Assembly (NCBI GenBank): GCA_964291405.2
Contig: OZ219926.1
Coordinates: forward strand, 4,448,001 to 4,512,000
DNA: 64,000 bases
Direction: 5' to 3'
Origin: Thermodesulfobacteriota bacterium
GTDB lineage: Bacteria > Desulfobacterota > Binatia > Bin18
The position numbers and the translations under genes are program-made. The notes beneath the pieces were generated by a model, which saw only the letters and a program-made list of their open reading frames with translations, was not told the origin of the DNA and made no database searches. Position 1 is the stretch's first letter; every line of letters starts with the position of its first letter. Below are positions 42,143 to 50,985 of the stretch, piece by piece.

Positions 42143-42922
42143 ATGTCTTTTTTCCTGCGACTCTTTGGTTTTGTGGTATTGCTTCCGTCCCTGGCCCACG
42201 CCGCGACGTTAGGGGTTCCCGGCAACGGGACTAAACTCTCAGGTGTCGGAGTCATCTCGGGCTGGAAGTGTGAGGCCGAGGGAGACCTGACCATCGTCTT
42301 CAACGACGACGGGAACCATATTCCCTTGCTGTACGGCACTAGGCGCACCGATGTCCTCAACGCAGGTGCCTGTGACAGCGCAGATGTCGGCTTTGTGGCT
42401 ATCTGGAACTGGGGCAACCTGAGTGATGGGGAGCACATCGCTATAGCCTATGACGACGGCGTAGAGTTTGCGCGGAGTACGTTCACGGTCACGACCCCCG
42501 GGACGGACTTCCTCAGAGGAGTGAGCAAGCGGGTTACCGTCGATGATTTTCCCCATCCCGGCGATACCACCGTGCTGGAGTGGAATCAGGGCACGCAGCA
42601 TTTCGAGATCGTGGACTTCATGGGGAGTGGGCCCTTTGAGTGTATGGAGGGATTGACTCTACATCCGGGAGAGATGTGCATGGGCTCTCTAATGGTCTTC
42701 GGGCATGAGGTTAGCTTCAGTTTTGCTGTGAATGCTGACGGACAGGGATGTGTTGAGGTTGATCTTCCTCCCAATTTTCCGGCGGATATAGGAGAAATTC
42801 CTTGCTTTAATACCGGTCAGGAATTTGAGAATTTCCTCGAAGGTTTCCAAATTTCCGGTGCCTCTATCACCAGGAATGCCGACGACAGTTGGACGATTAA
42901 CAGCTTCCCGACCGACCTATGA
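42143..42922 (+). CDS. Secreted hypothetical protein, paralog 2
   Basis: TAAGGAGG RBS; same N-domain, divergent C-module. Confidence 0.85.
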   Translation: MSFFLRLFGFVVLLPSLAHAATLGVPGNGTKLSGVGVISGWKCEAEGDLTIVFNDDGNHIPLLYGTRRTDVLNAGACDSADVGFVAIWNWGNLSDGEHIAIAYDDGVEFARSTFTVTTPGTDFLRGVSKRVTVDDFPHPGDTTVLEWNQGTQHFEIVDFMGSGPFECMEGLTLHPGEMCMGSLMVFGHEVSFSFAVNADGQGCVEVDLPPNFPADIGEIPCFNTGQEFENFLEGFQISGASITRNADDSWTINSFPTDL

Positions 42923-42926
42923 GAAG

Positions 42927-43985
42927 ATGCTGACGTCTTTCCTGCTCCACCTTTGCCTTGGGCTCACGGTCCTGGTTCCGTCCCTGGTGCACGCCCAACC
43001 CACCGGTGTCCTTGAGATTCCCGGCAACGGGACCACCGTGTCGGGCGTCGGGATAATCGCGGGCTGGAAGTGTGAGGCCGGGGACATCACCATCAGACTC
43101 AACGATGGAGACCCTATTCCCGCGACGTATGGGTTGCCCCGTGCAGATACCAGCGGGGTCTGCGACAATGATGGGAATAATGGATTTTTCAGCTACACGA
43201 ACTGGGGCAACCTTGGCGATGGAGAACACATGGCCGTCGCTTACGATGATGGTGAGGAGTTTGCTCGAAGCACGTTCATGGTGACAACCCTTGGGACGGA
43301 GTTTCTGACAGGAGCGAACACCCAGGTCAGTATCCCGGATTTCCCCATGCCGGGTGAGACCACGACCTTTCAGTGGAATGAGGCGACGCAGCATCTGGAG
43401 GCAGTCGCGCGGGACCCGGCATGTAGAGAGACGCTCACGATGAAGCCGGGAGAGACGTGCCGTGGCTCCATCCCTCTTGAGCTTGATACCTCCCGCCTGG
43501 GTGAGATCAACACCGGCTTTACTTTTTCTGTTGAGGCTGAGGGCCGGGGGTGCATAAGCATCAGCGGCATTCCTGCCCTCAATTATTGCTATTCGGCCAG
43601 TCTGCCGGATGTTCTGGATGATATCGAGATTTCTGTCATCAGGAATCCGGATGGGAGTTGGACCATTGATGACTTCCCGCTTGTTAATCTTGGGGAGTGC
43701 GTGATTGACTTAACGGTGAAGCCGGGAGCGAAGTGCAGTGGCTCCATAGACCTTCCCATTGGCGAGCTTGACTTCGCTTTTTCTGTTGAAGCCGACGGGG
43801 AGGCGTGTATCGAGGCCGAGGTGGATTTGGATGTCCCTCTCGTGGATGGTAAGGAAATCGAGGCGTGCTTTGATACGCGTGAGGATTTCCAAAAGATTCT
43901 TGACAAGATCGACGATGTTATCGAAATCGGCGCTTTTGCTGCCAAGAACGTCGATGGAAGTTGGACTATTCTCGACTTCCTGTAG
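42927..43985 (+). CDS. Secreted hypothetical protein, paralog 3 (two Cys-rich modules)
   Basis: Signal peptide ending VHA; SGVGIIAGWKCEA domain; two C...KPG..C...FSVEA.G..C...N.DGSWTI repeats. Confidence 0.85.
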   Translation: MLTSFLLHLCLGLTVLVPSLVHAQPTGVLEIPGNGTTVSGVGIIAGWKCEAGDITIRLNDGDPIPATYGLPRADTSGVCDNDGNNGFFSYTNWGNLGDGEHMAVAYDDGEEFARSTFMVTTLGTEFLTGANTQVSIPDFPMPGETTTFQWNEATQHLEAVARDPACRETLTMKPGETCRGSIPLELDTSRLGEINTGFTFSVEAEGRGCISISGIPALNYCYSASLPDVLDDIEISVIRNPDGSWTIDDFPLVNLGECVIDLTVKPGAKCSGSIDLPIGELDFAFSVEADGEACIEAEVDLDVPLVDGKEIEACFDTREDFQKILDKIDDVIEIGAFAAKNVDGSWTILDFL

Positions 43986-44015
43986 GTGCATTCCCCTGTA
44001 GCCGGTCTCTGAACC

Positions 44016-45128
44016 TCATGGCTCGGGTGCCGGCCGCTCACCAAGAGCCACGAGCAGTTCCTGGCGGACATCGGCGTCCTGTTCGCGATCCAGGGCGGTC
44101 TTGAGACTGGTCGTGTGCGCCAGGCGGCCCAGCGCCCAGGCCGTGTGGCCTCGGATCAGGGGTTCGGGGTCGTGGAGTGCTGCTCGCAGCGGGCCGACCG
44201 CCTCCTGATTGTCGCTATTGCCCAGGGCGACAGCGACATTGCGCAGCAAACCGCGGCGCTTGGTGCGCCATACCGCGGAGCGCCGGAAACGGGCCCGAAA
44301 GCCGTCTTCGTCCAGCCGTAACAGTTCAGGGAGAGATGGAAACAACTCGTCCACCAGGTCGTGGCGGGGCTGGCTGAACTTGGTATTCCAGGGGCAGACT
44401 TCCTGGCAGATGTCGCAGCCGAAAATCCAGTTGCCGAGCTTGGGGCGCAGCACGTGCGGAATCGGCCCGCGATGCTCAATCGTTAAGTAGGAAATACACA
44501 GGGGCGATTTGAGGACATAGCCCGTTGCCAGGGCGTCGGTCGGACAATCATCAAGGCAGCGCGTACAGCTACCGCAATGGTCGCTCGGCATGCCTTCGCC
44601 CTCAAGGTCGAGACTGATAAGAATCTCGGCCAGAAAAAACCACGAGCCCATGGCTTTATGCAGCAGCATGGTGTTTTTGCCGAACCAGCCCAGGCCGCTG
44701 CGGTACGCCCAGTCGCGCTCCAGTAGCGGGCCAGTGTCCACATACGGCCGAGCCCAAATCCCCGGCCGTTGGTCTTTCAGAAAGGCAACAAACTGTTTCA
44801 GCTTTTTTGTAATGACATCGTGATAATCCGCTCCAGCCGCATAGGCGGCCATGCGGCCACGCAGCTCGTGTTGCCAATTCACCTCGGGCAGCACGGGCGG
44901 AGAGTAGGGGAATCCCAGGCAAATGACGCTGCGAGCTTGCGGAAACGGAATCTGCGGATCAATGCGTCGTTGGGGTTCCCTGGCTAAATACTGCATCTCT
45001 CCGGCAAAGCCCTGGGCCAGCCAGTCGCTGAAGAACGACGCGCGTGGCAGCACCGACAGGCGCGTGAAACCACACAGGGTAAAGCCGAGTCTGGCCGCCT
45101 CGGTCCGGATTGCATTTTCGAGAGACAC
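44016..45128 (-). CDS. queG: Epoxyqueuosine reductase QueG
   Basis: VDTGPLLER, GLGWFGKN, CGSCTRCLDDCPT, CISYLTIE, GCDICQEVCPWN, HEAT tail. Confidence 0.95.
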   Translation of the reverse strand: MSLENAIRTEAARLGFTLCGFTRLSVLPRASFFSDWLAQGFAGEMQYLAREPQRRIDPQIPFPQARSVICLGFPYSPPVLPEVNWQHELRGRMAAYAAGADYHDVITKKLKQFVAFLKDQRPGIWARPYVDTGPLLERDWAYRSGLGWFGKNTMLLHKAMGSWFFLAEILISLDLEGEGMPSDHCGSCTRCLDDCPTDALATGYVLKSPLCISYLTIEHRGPIPHVLRPKLGNWIFGCDICQEVCPWNTKFSQPRHDLVDELFPSLPELLRLDEDGFRARFRRSAVWRTKRRGLLRNVAVALGNSDNQEAVGPLRAALHDPEPLIRGHTAWALGRLAHTTSLKTALDREQDADVRQELLVALGERPAPEP

Positions 45129-45224
45129 GACTTTGTGGTAGCATACACGCATCCGGGTCAAAACGGGTAGAGGGATTGACGCGGGGCAAGATAGACCTTA
45201 TCTATCTTCTTTGAGGAGGCCGGT

Positions 45225-45626
45225 ATGGACAATCTGGATCAAGAGACACAACTCCAATCCAACGATACCCCGCAGGAGGCGGCTCCCACAGCTGATGGGC
45301 CGGCCCTGTCGCTGTCTGATTTGGCAGTAGAAAAAGTGAAAGAAACCATGCTCAAGGAAGGCATGCAGGAGGGCGGGTTGCGGGTCTCGGTGGTCGGCGG
45401 GGGCTGTTCCGGCTTCCAGTATAGCCTTGGTCTCGATGCTGCTGCGCGGGACGATGATATTGTGGTCGAACAGGGTGGCGTCAAACTGTTCGTTGATCCC
45501 ATCAGCCACCAATACGTGCATGGCACCATGCTCGATTATGTCAACGGACTGCATGGGGCGGGCTTCAAGTTCGTCAACCCGAATGCGACCCGGACCTGCG
45601 GCTGCGGCTCGTCGTTCGCCGTCTAA
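45225..45626 (+). CDS. erpA: A-type Fe-S carrier (ErpA/IscA/HesB)
   Basis: GGGCSGFQY, FVNPNATRTCGCGSSF. Confidence 0.9.
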   Translation: MDNLDQETQLQSNDTPQEAAPTADGPALSLSDLAVEKVKETMLKEGMQEGGLRVSVVGGGCSGFQYSLGLDAAARDDDIVVEQGGVKLFVDPISHQYVHGTMLDYVNGLHGAGFKFVNPNATRTCGCGSSFAV

Positions 45627-45655
45627 GTCTCTCTTCCCCAACTGAAGAAATACCG

Positions 45656-45684
45656 AAGGGCCTGGAACTCTCCAGGCCCTTTTG
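45656..45684 (+). terminator. Rho-independent terminator
   Basis: AAGGGCCTGGA-actc-TCCAGGCCCTT-TT. Confidence 0.7.
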
Positions 45685-45690
45685 CTTTCC

Positions 45691-46356
45691 ATGCCCCGCT
45701 TCGCGCATCTCATTTTCGACCTGGATGGAACCCTGGTTGATACCAAGGCCGACCTGGCTGCGGCAACCAATCATATGTTGCGGGAGTTGGGCCTTCCGCT
45801 GCTGTCCGTCTCCCAAGTTGAGAGCTTTATCGGGCTTGGCGCGCGTGTGCTGATCGAACGGGCGCTGGGCCAAGAGCGGGCTGATCTGGTTGCGGACGGC
45901 TTCGCGCTCTTCATGGACTATTACGATGCCCATCTGCTCGATCGGACCAGACCCTATCCAGGCATGGAAACATTGCTTACGGCCGCCCGCGCCCAGGGGA
46001 TGAGCTTGTCTGTGTTGACGAATAAGCCGGAACAGCCAACCCGAGCAATTCTGTCGGGCCTCGGTTTGTCGAATTATTTTAGCGCCATCATTGGGGGCGA
46101 TACCCTCCCGAAGCGAAAACCCGACCCGCAAGGGGTTTTCGTGTTGCAGCAAGCGGTTGGCCACGCCCTGACCGAGACGCTACTGATCGGCGACTCTGAG
46201 ATTGACATGCGTACGGGCCGGGCCGCGGGTATTGCCACCTGTGGGGTGACGTGGGGATTTGGACACGCGGGTTTTGAGACCTGCCCACCCACGTTTCTGG
46301 TTGAAACGGTACCGGCACTTCAGCAGATAGCTGTGGGTCGGTCGCTACCCTCCTAA
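45691..46356 (+). CDS. gph: HAD hydrolase, phosphoglycolate phosphatase-like
   Basis: FDLDGTLVDT, LTNKP, RKPDP, IGDS..D. Confidence 0.85.
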   Translation: MPRFAHLIFDLDGTLVDTKADLAAATNHMLRELGLPLLSVSQVESFIGLGARVLIERALGQERADLVADGFALFMDYYDAHLLDRTRPYPGMETLLTAARAQGMSLSVLTNKPEQPTRAILSGLGLSNYFSAIIGGDTLPKRKPDPQGVFVLQQAVGHALTETLLIGDSEIDMRTGRAAGIATCGVTWGFGHAGFETCPPTFLVETVPALQQIAVGRSLPS

Positions 46357-47217
46357 CGGTCCGCGCAGCCGCTCGGCCATGCGGACCGCTTCAACGGTCT
46401 CTCTGACATCATGGGCGCGGATGATGTGGGCCCCGTTGACCACCGCAATGGTGGCACAGGTCAGCGAGCCAATGAGACGATCCTGGACGTTGGGCTGATC
46501 CAGAATTTTCCCAATAAAAGATTTGCGCGAGGCTCCGACGAGGAGGGGAAATCCTAACGGCCGCAGGTCTGCCAGCGCCCGTAGGACCAGGCAATCCCAC
46601 TCATCCCAGGCGATCCCCGGCTTACGAAAAAATCCAATCCCAGGGTCGAGCACGATCCGCTGCGCTGGAATGCCGGCTTGCTCCGCACGCGCCAAGCTGT
46701 CCCGCAGAGCGTTTTGGATGCGCTCCAAAGGCGGTCCACTTTGAGGGCGCTGTTCACTCGCCATCAGAATCGCGCCGGCTCCAGAATGGGCAATCAGCGC
46801 AGCCATAGCCGGATCATTCTTCAAACCACTGACATCGTTGATAATCCGAGCGCCCACTCGCAGGGCGGTCTGGGCCGGCTGGGCTCGCTGGGTATCGGCC
46901 GAGATTGGAATTGAAACGACCGCAGCAGTGGCTTCAACCGCCTGGGCTAAACGTTCGGTTTCTTCCGCAACGGAAATATCAGTTTTCAAGTATGGGGCGG
47001 TGGACATCGCCCCAATATCAATGATATCAGCTCCTTCACCTGCCAGTGCATGCGCCGTTTCCGCTATCTGCTCACGATTGGTCTGGACTGAGCCTGGGTA
47101 AAAGGACTCAGGGCTGACGTTCAGAACGGCCATAATCCGGACCGGCAGTGTGTCGCCGACCGGGATGCCTGCCAATTGTGCAGAGAGGGAGGGGGGGACG
47201 TGGCTCATGAGGGGCAT
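46345..47217 (-). CDS. folP: Dihydropteroate synthase
   Basis: VLNVSPESF, IINDVSG, LDPGIGF, GASRKSF, IIRAHDV. Confidence 0.93.
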   Translation of the reverse strand: MPLMSHVPPSLSAQLAGIPVGDTLPVRIMAVLNVSPESFYPGSVQTNREQIAETAHALAGEGADIIDIGAMSTAPYLKTDISVAEETERLAQAVEATAAVVSIPISADTQRAQPAQTALRVGARIINDVSGLKNDPAMAALIAHSGAGAILMASEQRPQSGPPLERIQNALRDSLARAEQAGIPAQRIVLDPGIGFFRKPGIAWDEWDCLVLRALADLRPLGFPLLVGASRKSFIGKILDQPNVQDRLIGSLTCATIAVVNGAHIIRAHDVRETVEAVRMAERLRGPLGG

Positions 47218-47344
47218 GCTATACCGTTACTGAGCAGAAGTTGAGACCGGCCTGGGGGAGAGACGGCGGAGAGCGGCATTTTTGGTTTGCGGGCTCCTGC
47301 ATTTTTCACTACACTACCCTGGCGTGAGATAGGAGAATAAAACT

Positions 47345-47962
47345 ATGAAATTGTACGACTTCCCCCTCAGCCCCTACTGCCAGAAAGTCCGCCTCGTACT
47401 GGCTGAAAAAGAGTTATCGTACGATAAGGTCTTTGTTGATCTGACGAAGAGGGAACAGCGCAGTCCCGAATTTCTCCGGTTAAATCCGTACGGGAAGGTG
47501 CCGGTCCTGATCGATGACGAAGAAGTCATTTACGACTCGACGTTTATTAACGAATATCTTGATGATGAATACCCGCATCCTCCCCTGCGCCCTGAGCCTT
47601 CCGGAGACCGGGCTCGGGTGCGGATGTTTGAAGACTTTGCCGACACGTCCTTTACGGCGCAGTGTGGATTGCTGTACGCCGAGTTGCGGAAACCTGAAGA
47701 GCAAATCGACCAGGAGCGTGTGCAGCACTACCAGGGAGACCTCATTCGCGTACTCGAATTTCTTGACCGGCATTTGAACGGCAAAGAATATCTGGTTGAC
47801 GAATTTTCATTAGCCGACCTCGCGTTTACCCCTCGGCTGTTGATTCTGTCGCAGCTCGGGGTTGAACTCCCGTCTCGGCTCAGACATGTTTCGGCTTGGA
47901 TTAAGCGTTTATCCCAGCGTCCGTGCGTGGAACAGTTGTTGAAGGAACTCAACATGGCGTAG
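47345..47962 (+). CDS. Glutathione S-transferase family protein
   Basis: SPYCQKVR..LAEK, NPYGKVPVL, DST.INEYL, FSLADL. Confidence 0.92.
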   Translation: MKLYDFPLSPYCQKVRLVLAEKELSYDKVFVDLTKREQRSPEFLRLNPYGKVPVLIDDEEVIYDSTFINEYLDDEYPHPPLRPEPSGDRARVRMFEDFADTSFTAQCGLLYAELRKPEEQIDQERVQHYQGDLIRVLEFLDRHLNGKEYLVDEFSLADLAFTPRLLILSQLGVELPSRLRHVSAWIKRLSQRPCVEQLLKELNMA

Positions 47963-48042
47963 CCTGTCCGATATGGGCCTGGAGTGGGGAAATCCTGCCA
48001 ACTCGGGTAGTGTGTATCCCAAGTGAGGAAAGCGAGCCTGCT

Positions 48043-48690
48043 GTGTCTGAACTGCCTGATATTATTCCGGTTTTTCCTTTGCCGAACGTGGTCCTGTTCC
48101 CACGTGTCCAGCTTCCGTTGCATATCTTTGAGCCGCGCTACCGTGCCATGGTGCGGGATGTCATGGAGGCAGATCCGCCGCTTATCGGTATGGCCCTGCT
48201 CCGGGGTGACTGGCAAGAGCAGTATGAGGGCAATCCCCAAGTGTTCCCGGTCGGCTGTGTGGGGAAGGTGGTGAAGACCGTGCCACTCCCGGACGGACGG
48301 TTTAATATTCTCCTACAGGGGCTGCGGGAATACCGCATTCAGGAAGAATTCCACGATAAGAGCTATCGTCGGGCGCGGGTAGAATGGCTCCCGCAGAGAA
48401 ACCAGACGCTTGAGCCTGCGCAACGTGAGGCCATCGGCCGCCTGTTAGCGTCCTATTTGCAGAAGGATGAGGTTGTGCAGAAATTCTTGGCAGACCCCAA
48501 TATCAACGACGAACTCTTCATTAATTTCTTTGCCTTTCAGCTCGATCTCCTGCCTATCGAGAAGCAAAGCCTGCTGGATGCCGCAACGCTCGACGAACGG
48601 GCGACCTGCCTACGGGATATTCTTGACTTCAAGTTGTCAGAAAGTCGCTTGCCCGAAGGCGGGGGCGGGAGAAAAGATCGTCTCCACTAA
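48043..48690 (+). CDS. Stand-alone LON substrate-binding (LonN) domain protein
   Basis: IPVFPLPNVVLFP...LPLHIFEPRYRAMV, DGRFNI. Confidence 0.9.
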   Translation: MSELPDIIPVFPLPNVVLFPRVQLPLHIFEPRYRAMVRDVMEADPPLIGMALLRGDWQEQYEGNPQVFPVGCVGKVVKTVPLPDGRFNILLQGLREYRIQEEFHDKSYRRARVEWLPQRNQTLEPAQREAIGRLLASYLQKDEVVQKFLADPNINDELFINFFAFQLDLLPIEKQSLLDAATLDERATCLRDILDFKLSESRLPEGGGGRKDRLH

Positions 48691-48790
48691 AAACTGCCTT
48701 GACAAACACCGGTCCCCTCATAATAGTGAAGTGCGGTATGTGTATAGTGTAGTGGTGAGTTTACTATTATACGGAGGTAGCTAGGACCCC

Positions 48791-49399
48791 ATGAAACGTA
48801 AAGAAGAGATGACGTGGTGGGAGCGGCTGTATATCCCGGAAATCGTGCGTGGTCTTGTTGTCACCATGTCCCACTTCTGGCGGAATCTGGCCCTGCATAT
48901 GCTGCACGCGCTTGGCTTTGCCAAAGGGACGCGCGCCGCGTATACGGTCCAATATCCGGAAGAGCGCAAGCGTTACCCGGACGTCTACCGCGGAAGTCAC
49001 CGTTTGACGCTCAAAGAAGACGGCTCGGTCCGCTGTACTTCATGCTTTCTGTGCGCAACGGCCTGCCCGGCCAACTGTATTCATATCGAGGCCGGGGAAC
49101 ATCCCGACCCCGACGTGGAAAAATTTCCGTTGCGCTATGAAATCGATACCCTGCGCTGCATTTACTGCGGGATGTGCGTCGAAGCCTGTCCGTGTGACGC
49201 GATCCGGATGGATACCTACGTGCATCCGCGTATCTGGGGCTATGACCGCCAGGATTTTATCGAATCCAAAGAAGTCCTTATGAATCGTTCCCGCACCCTG
49301 GCGACGGGTGGACGGGATTCCATTATGACTGAAATGCTGGAGAGTTATCAGGAAGCAGAGCAGAGAGTGGCCAGGGATATTGGCGCTCCCGGAGCCTGA
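48791..49399 (+). CDS. nuoI: NADH-quinone oxidoreductase subunit I-like 2x[4Fe-4S] protein
   Basis: TVQYPEE, YRG.HRL, CTSCFLCATACP, CIYCGMCVEACP. Confidence 0.88.
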   Translation: MKRKEEMTWWERLYIPEIVRGLVVTMSHFWRNLALHMLHALGFAKGTRAAYTVQYPEERKRYPDVYRGSHRLTLKEDGSVRCTSCFLCATACPANCIHIEAGEHPDPDVEKFPLRYEIDTLRCIYCGMCVEACPCDAIRMDTYVHPRIWGYDRQDFIESKEVLMNRSRTLATGGRDSIMTEMLESYQEAEQRVARDIGAPGA

Positions 49400-49421
49400 G
49401 GCTCTCCCGCGGAGGCAGACT

Positions 49422-50600
49422 ATGGCAAAGACCTATCAGGAACTCATGGCCGAGGCCCGAGACAGCGTACCGGAAGTCACGATAGACGAGGTGCAGGCCC
49501 AGATGGAAAACGGCGCCCGGCCAACCTTGCTCGATGTGCGGGAACGCGAGGAGTACCGTGAGGGCCATCTCGAAGGATCGGTCCCGCTCCCGCGCGGCTT
49601 TCTCGAAATGCGTATCGAAGAGGCCGTGCCGGATAAGGGTACTCCCATCGTGGCGTACTGCGCCGGTGGCGTCCGCTCGCTCATTGCCGCTCGGACGCTC
49701 AAGGAAATGGGCTATGAAAATGTAACGTCCATGTCCGGTGGCTACACGGCCTGGAAAAACGCCGGCTATAAATGGGTGGCGGACCGACAGTTCACCCCAG
49801 AGCAGATCACGCGCTATGCACGGCATTTTACCCTGCCGGAAGTCGGGGAAGCGGGCCAGGCCAAACTGCTCGATGCCAAAGTGTTATGCGTTGGGGCGGG
49901 CGGCCTCGGCTCGCCGGTGGCCTTATATCTGGCCGCGGCCGGAGTCGGCACGCTAGGGATTGCCGACCATGACACCGTTGATATGAGCAATCTCCAACGC
50001 CAGATCCTGCATACCAACGACCGGGTCGGGATGCCCAAGGTGGAGTCGGCGCAACTGACCCTGAACGCGCTCAACCCCGATGTGAACATCGTCCAGTTCA
50101 AAGAGCGCCTCTCTTCCGAAAACGTCATGCGTATTATTGACGGCTTCGACATCGTGGTGAACGGCTGTGACAACTTCCCGACTCGCTATCTCATTAACGA
50201 TGCCTGCATCATGGCCAAGAAGACGCTCGTCGATGGCTCGATCTTCCAGTTTGAAGGCCAGGTCACGGTTGTCGATCCGACCGAAGGCCCGTGCTATCGC
50301 TGCCTGTTTCCTGAGCCACCACCACCGGGGATGGCCCCGAGCTGTGCCGAAGCGGGTGTTCTCGGTGTGCTGCCCGGACTCGTCGGCTGCGTGCAGGCGC
50401 TCGAAGTGATCAAGATCATTCTCGGCGCTGGTAATCCGCTCGTCGGACGGATGATGCATTTTGATACGCTCAGTTCGGAAATTCGGGTGTTAAAACTACG
50501 CAAAGATCCGAACTGCCTGGTGTGCAGCGAAAACCCGAAAATCACGGAGCTGATCGATTACGAAGAGTTCTGTGGTCTGCGACCGGTCAACGCCGCCTAG
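49422..50600 (+). CDS. moeB: Rhodanese-ThiF/MoeB fusion (E1-like adenylyltransferase/sulfurtransferase)
   Basis: N-terminal rhodanese (LDVRE.EEY..GH, YCAGGVRS); RYARH, GAGGLGS, SNLQRQ, CYRC, CLVC. Confidence 0.9.
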   Translation: MAKTYQELMAEARDSVPEVTIDEVQAQMENGARPTLLDVREREEYREGHLEGSVPLPRGFLEMRIEEAVPDKGTPIVAYCAGGVRSLIAARTLKEMGYENVTSMSGGYTAWKNAGYKWVADRQFTPEQITRYARHFTLPEVGEAGQAKLLDAKVLCVGAGGLGSPVALYLAAAGVGTLGIADHDTVDMSNLQRQILHTNDRVGMPKVESAQLTLNALNPDVNIVQFKERLSSENVMRIIDGFDIVVNGCDNFPTRYLINDACIMAKKTLVDGSIFQFEGQVTVVDPTEGPCYRCLFPEPPPPGMAPSCAEAGVLGVLPGLVGCVQALEVIKIILGAGNPLVGRMMHFDTLSSEIRVLKLRKDPNCLVCSENPKITELIDYEEFCGLRPVNAA

Positions 50601-50627
50601 CCCGAGGGGAGCTGTCTCAGCACCACG

Positions 50628-50891
50628 ATGGATATGGCCGATTCTGTCACCATAACCGTCAAGCTTTTTGCGGCGCTGAAAAAATACACCCCGCAGGGGA
50701 GTCCGGATGGAGTCTCGCTCTCCCTGCCGGCTGGGGCAACGGTCCAGGACGCGGTTGATATGCTGAACATTCCACGTGAGCAGGCGGGCATGCTTGTTGT
50801 GGGCGATACTTATGTCGAAGTGGGGACGGTCCTTGAAAACGGACTGGAACTGAGCATTTTCCCGCCGCTTGCCGGTGGGGTGTGTGGATAG
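50628..50891 (+). CDS. MoaD/ThiS-family ubiquitin-like sulfur carrier with a tail after the GG
   Basis: VKLFA.LK, C-terminal IFPPLAGG-VCG. Confidence 0.85.
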   Translation: MDMADSVTITVKLFAALKKYTPQGSPDGVSLSLPAGATVQDAVDMLNIPREQAGMLVVGDTYVEVGTVLENGLELSIFPPLAGGVCG

Positions 50892-50930
50892 CCACGGATA
50901 AGAAGGGCGCATGCCAGGGGATGATAGTGG

Positions 50931-50962
50931 AAAGGGGCACGGTAGACCGTGTCCCTTTTTTT
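50931..50962 (+). terminator. Rho-independent terminator
   Basis: GGGGCACGG-taga-CCGTGTCCC-TTTTTTT. Confidence 0.75.
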
Positions 50963-50985
50963 ACCTTTAGGGGGAGGGACGAATC

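Noticed and set aside
41373-43985. Diversity-generating retroelement explanation for the variable C-modules
   Set aside because: No reverse transcriptase or template repeat; variation includes indels and is not adenine-specific.
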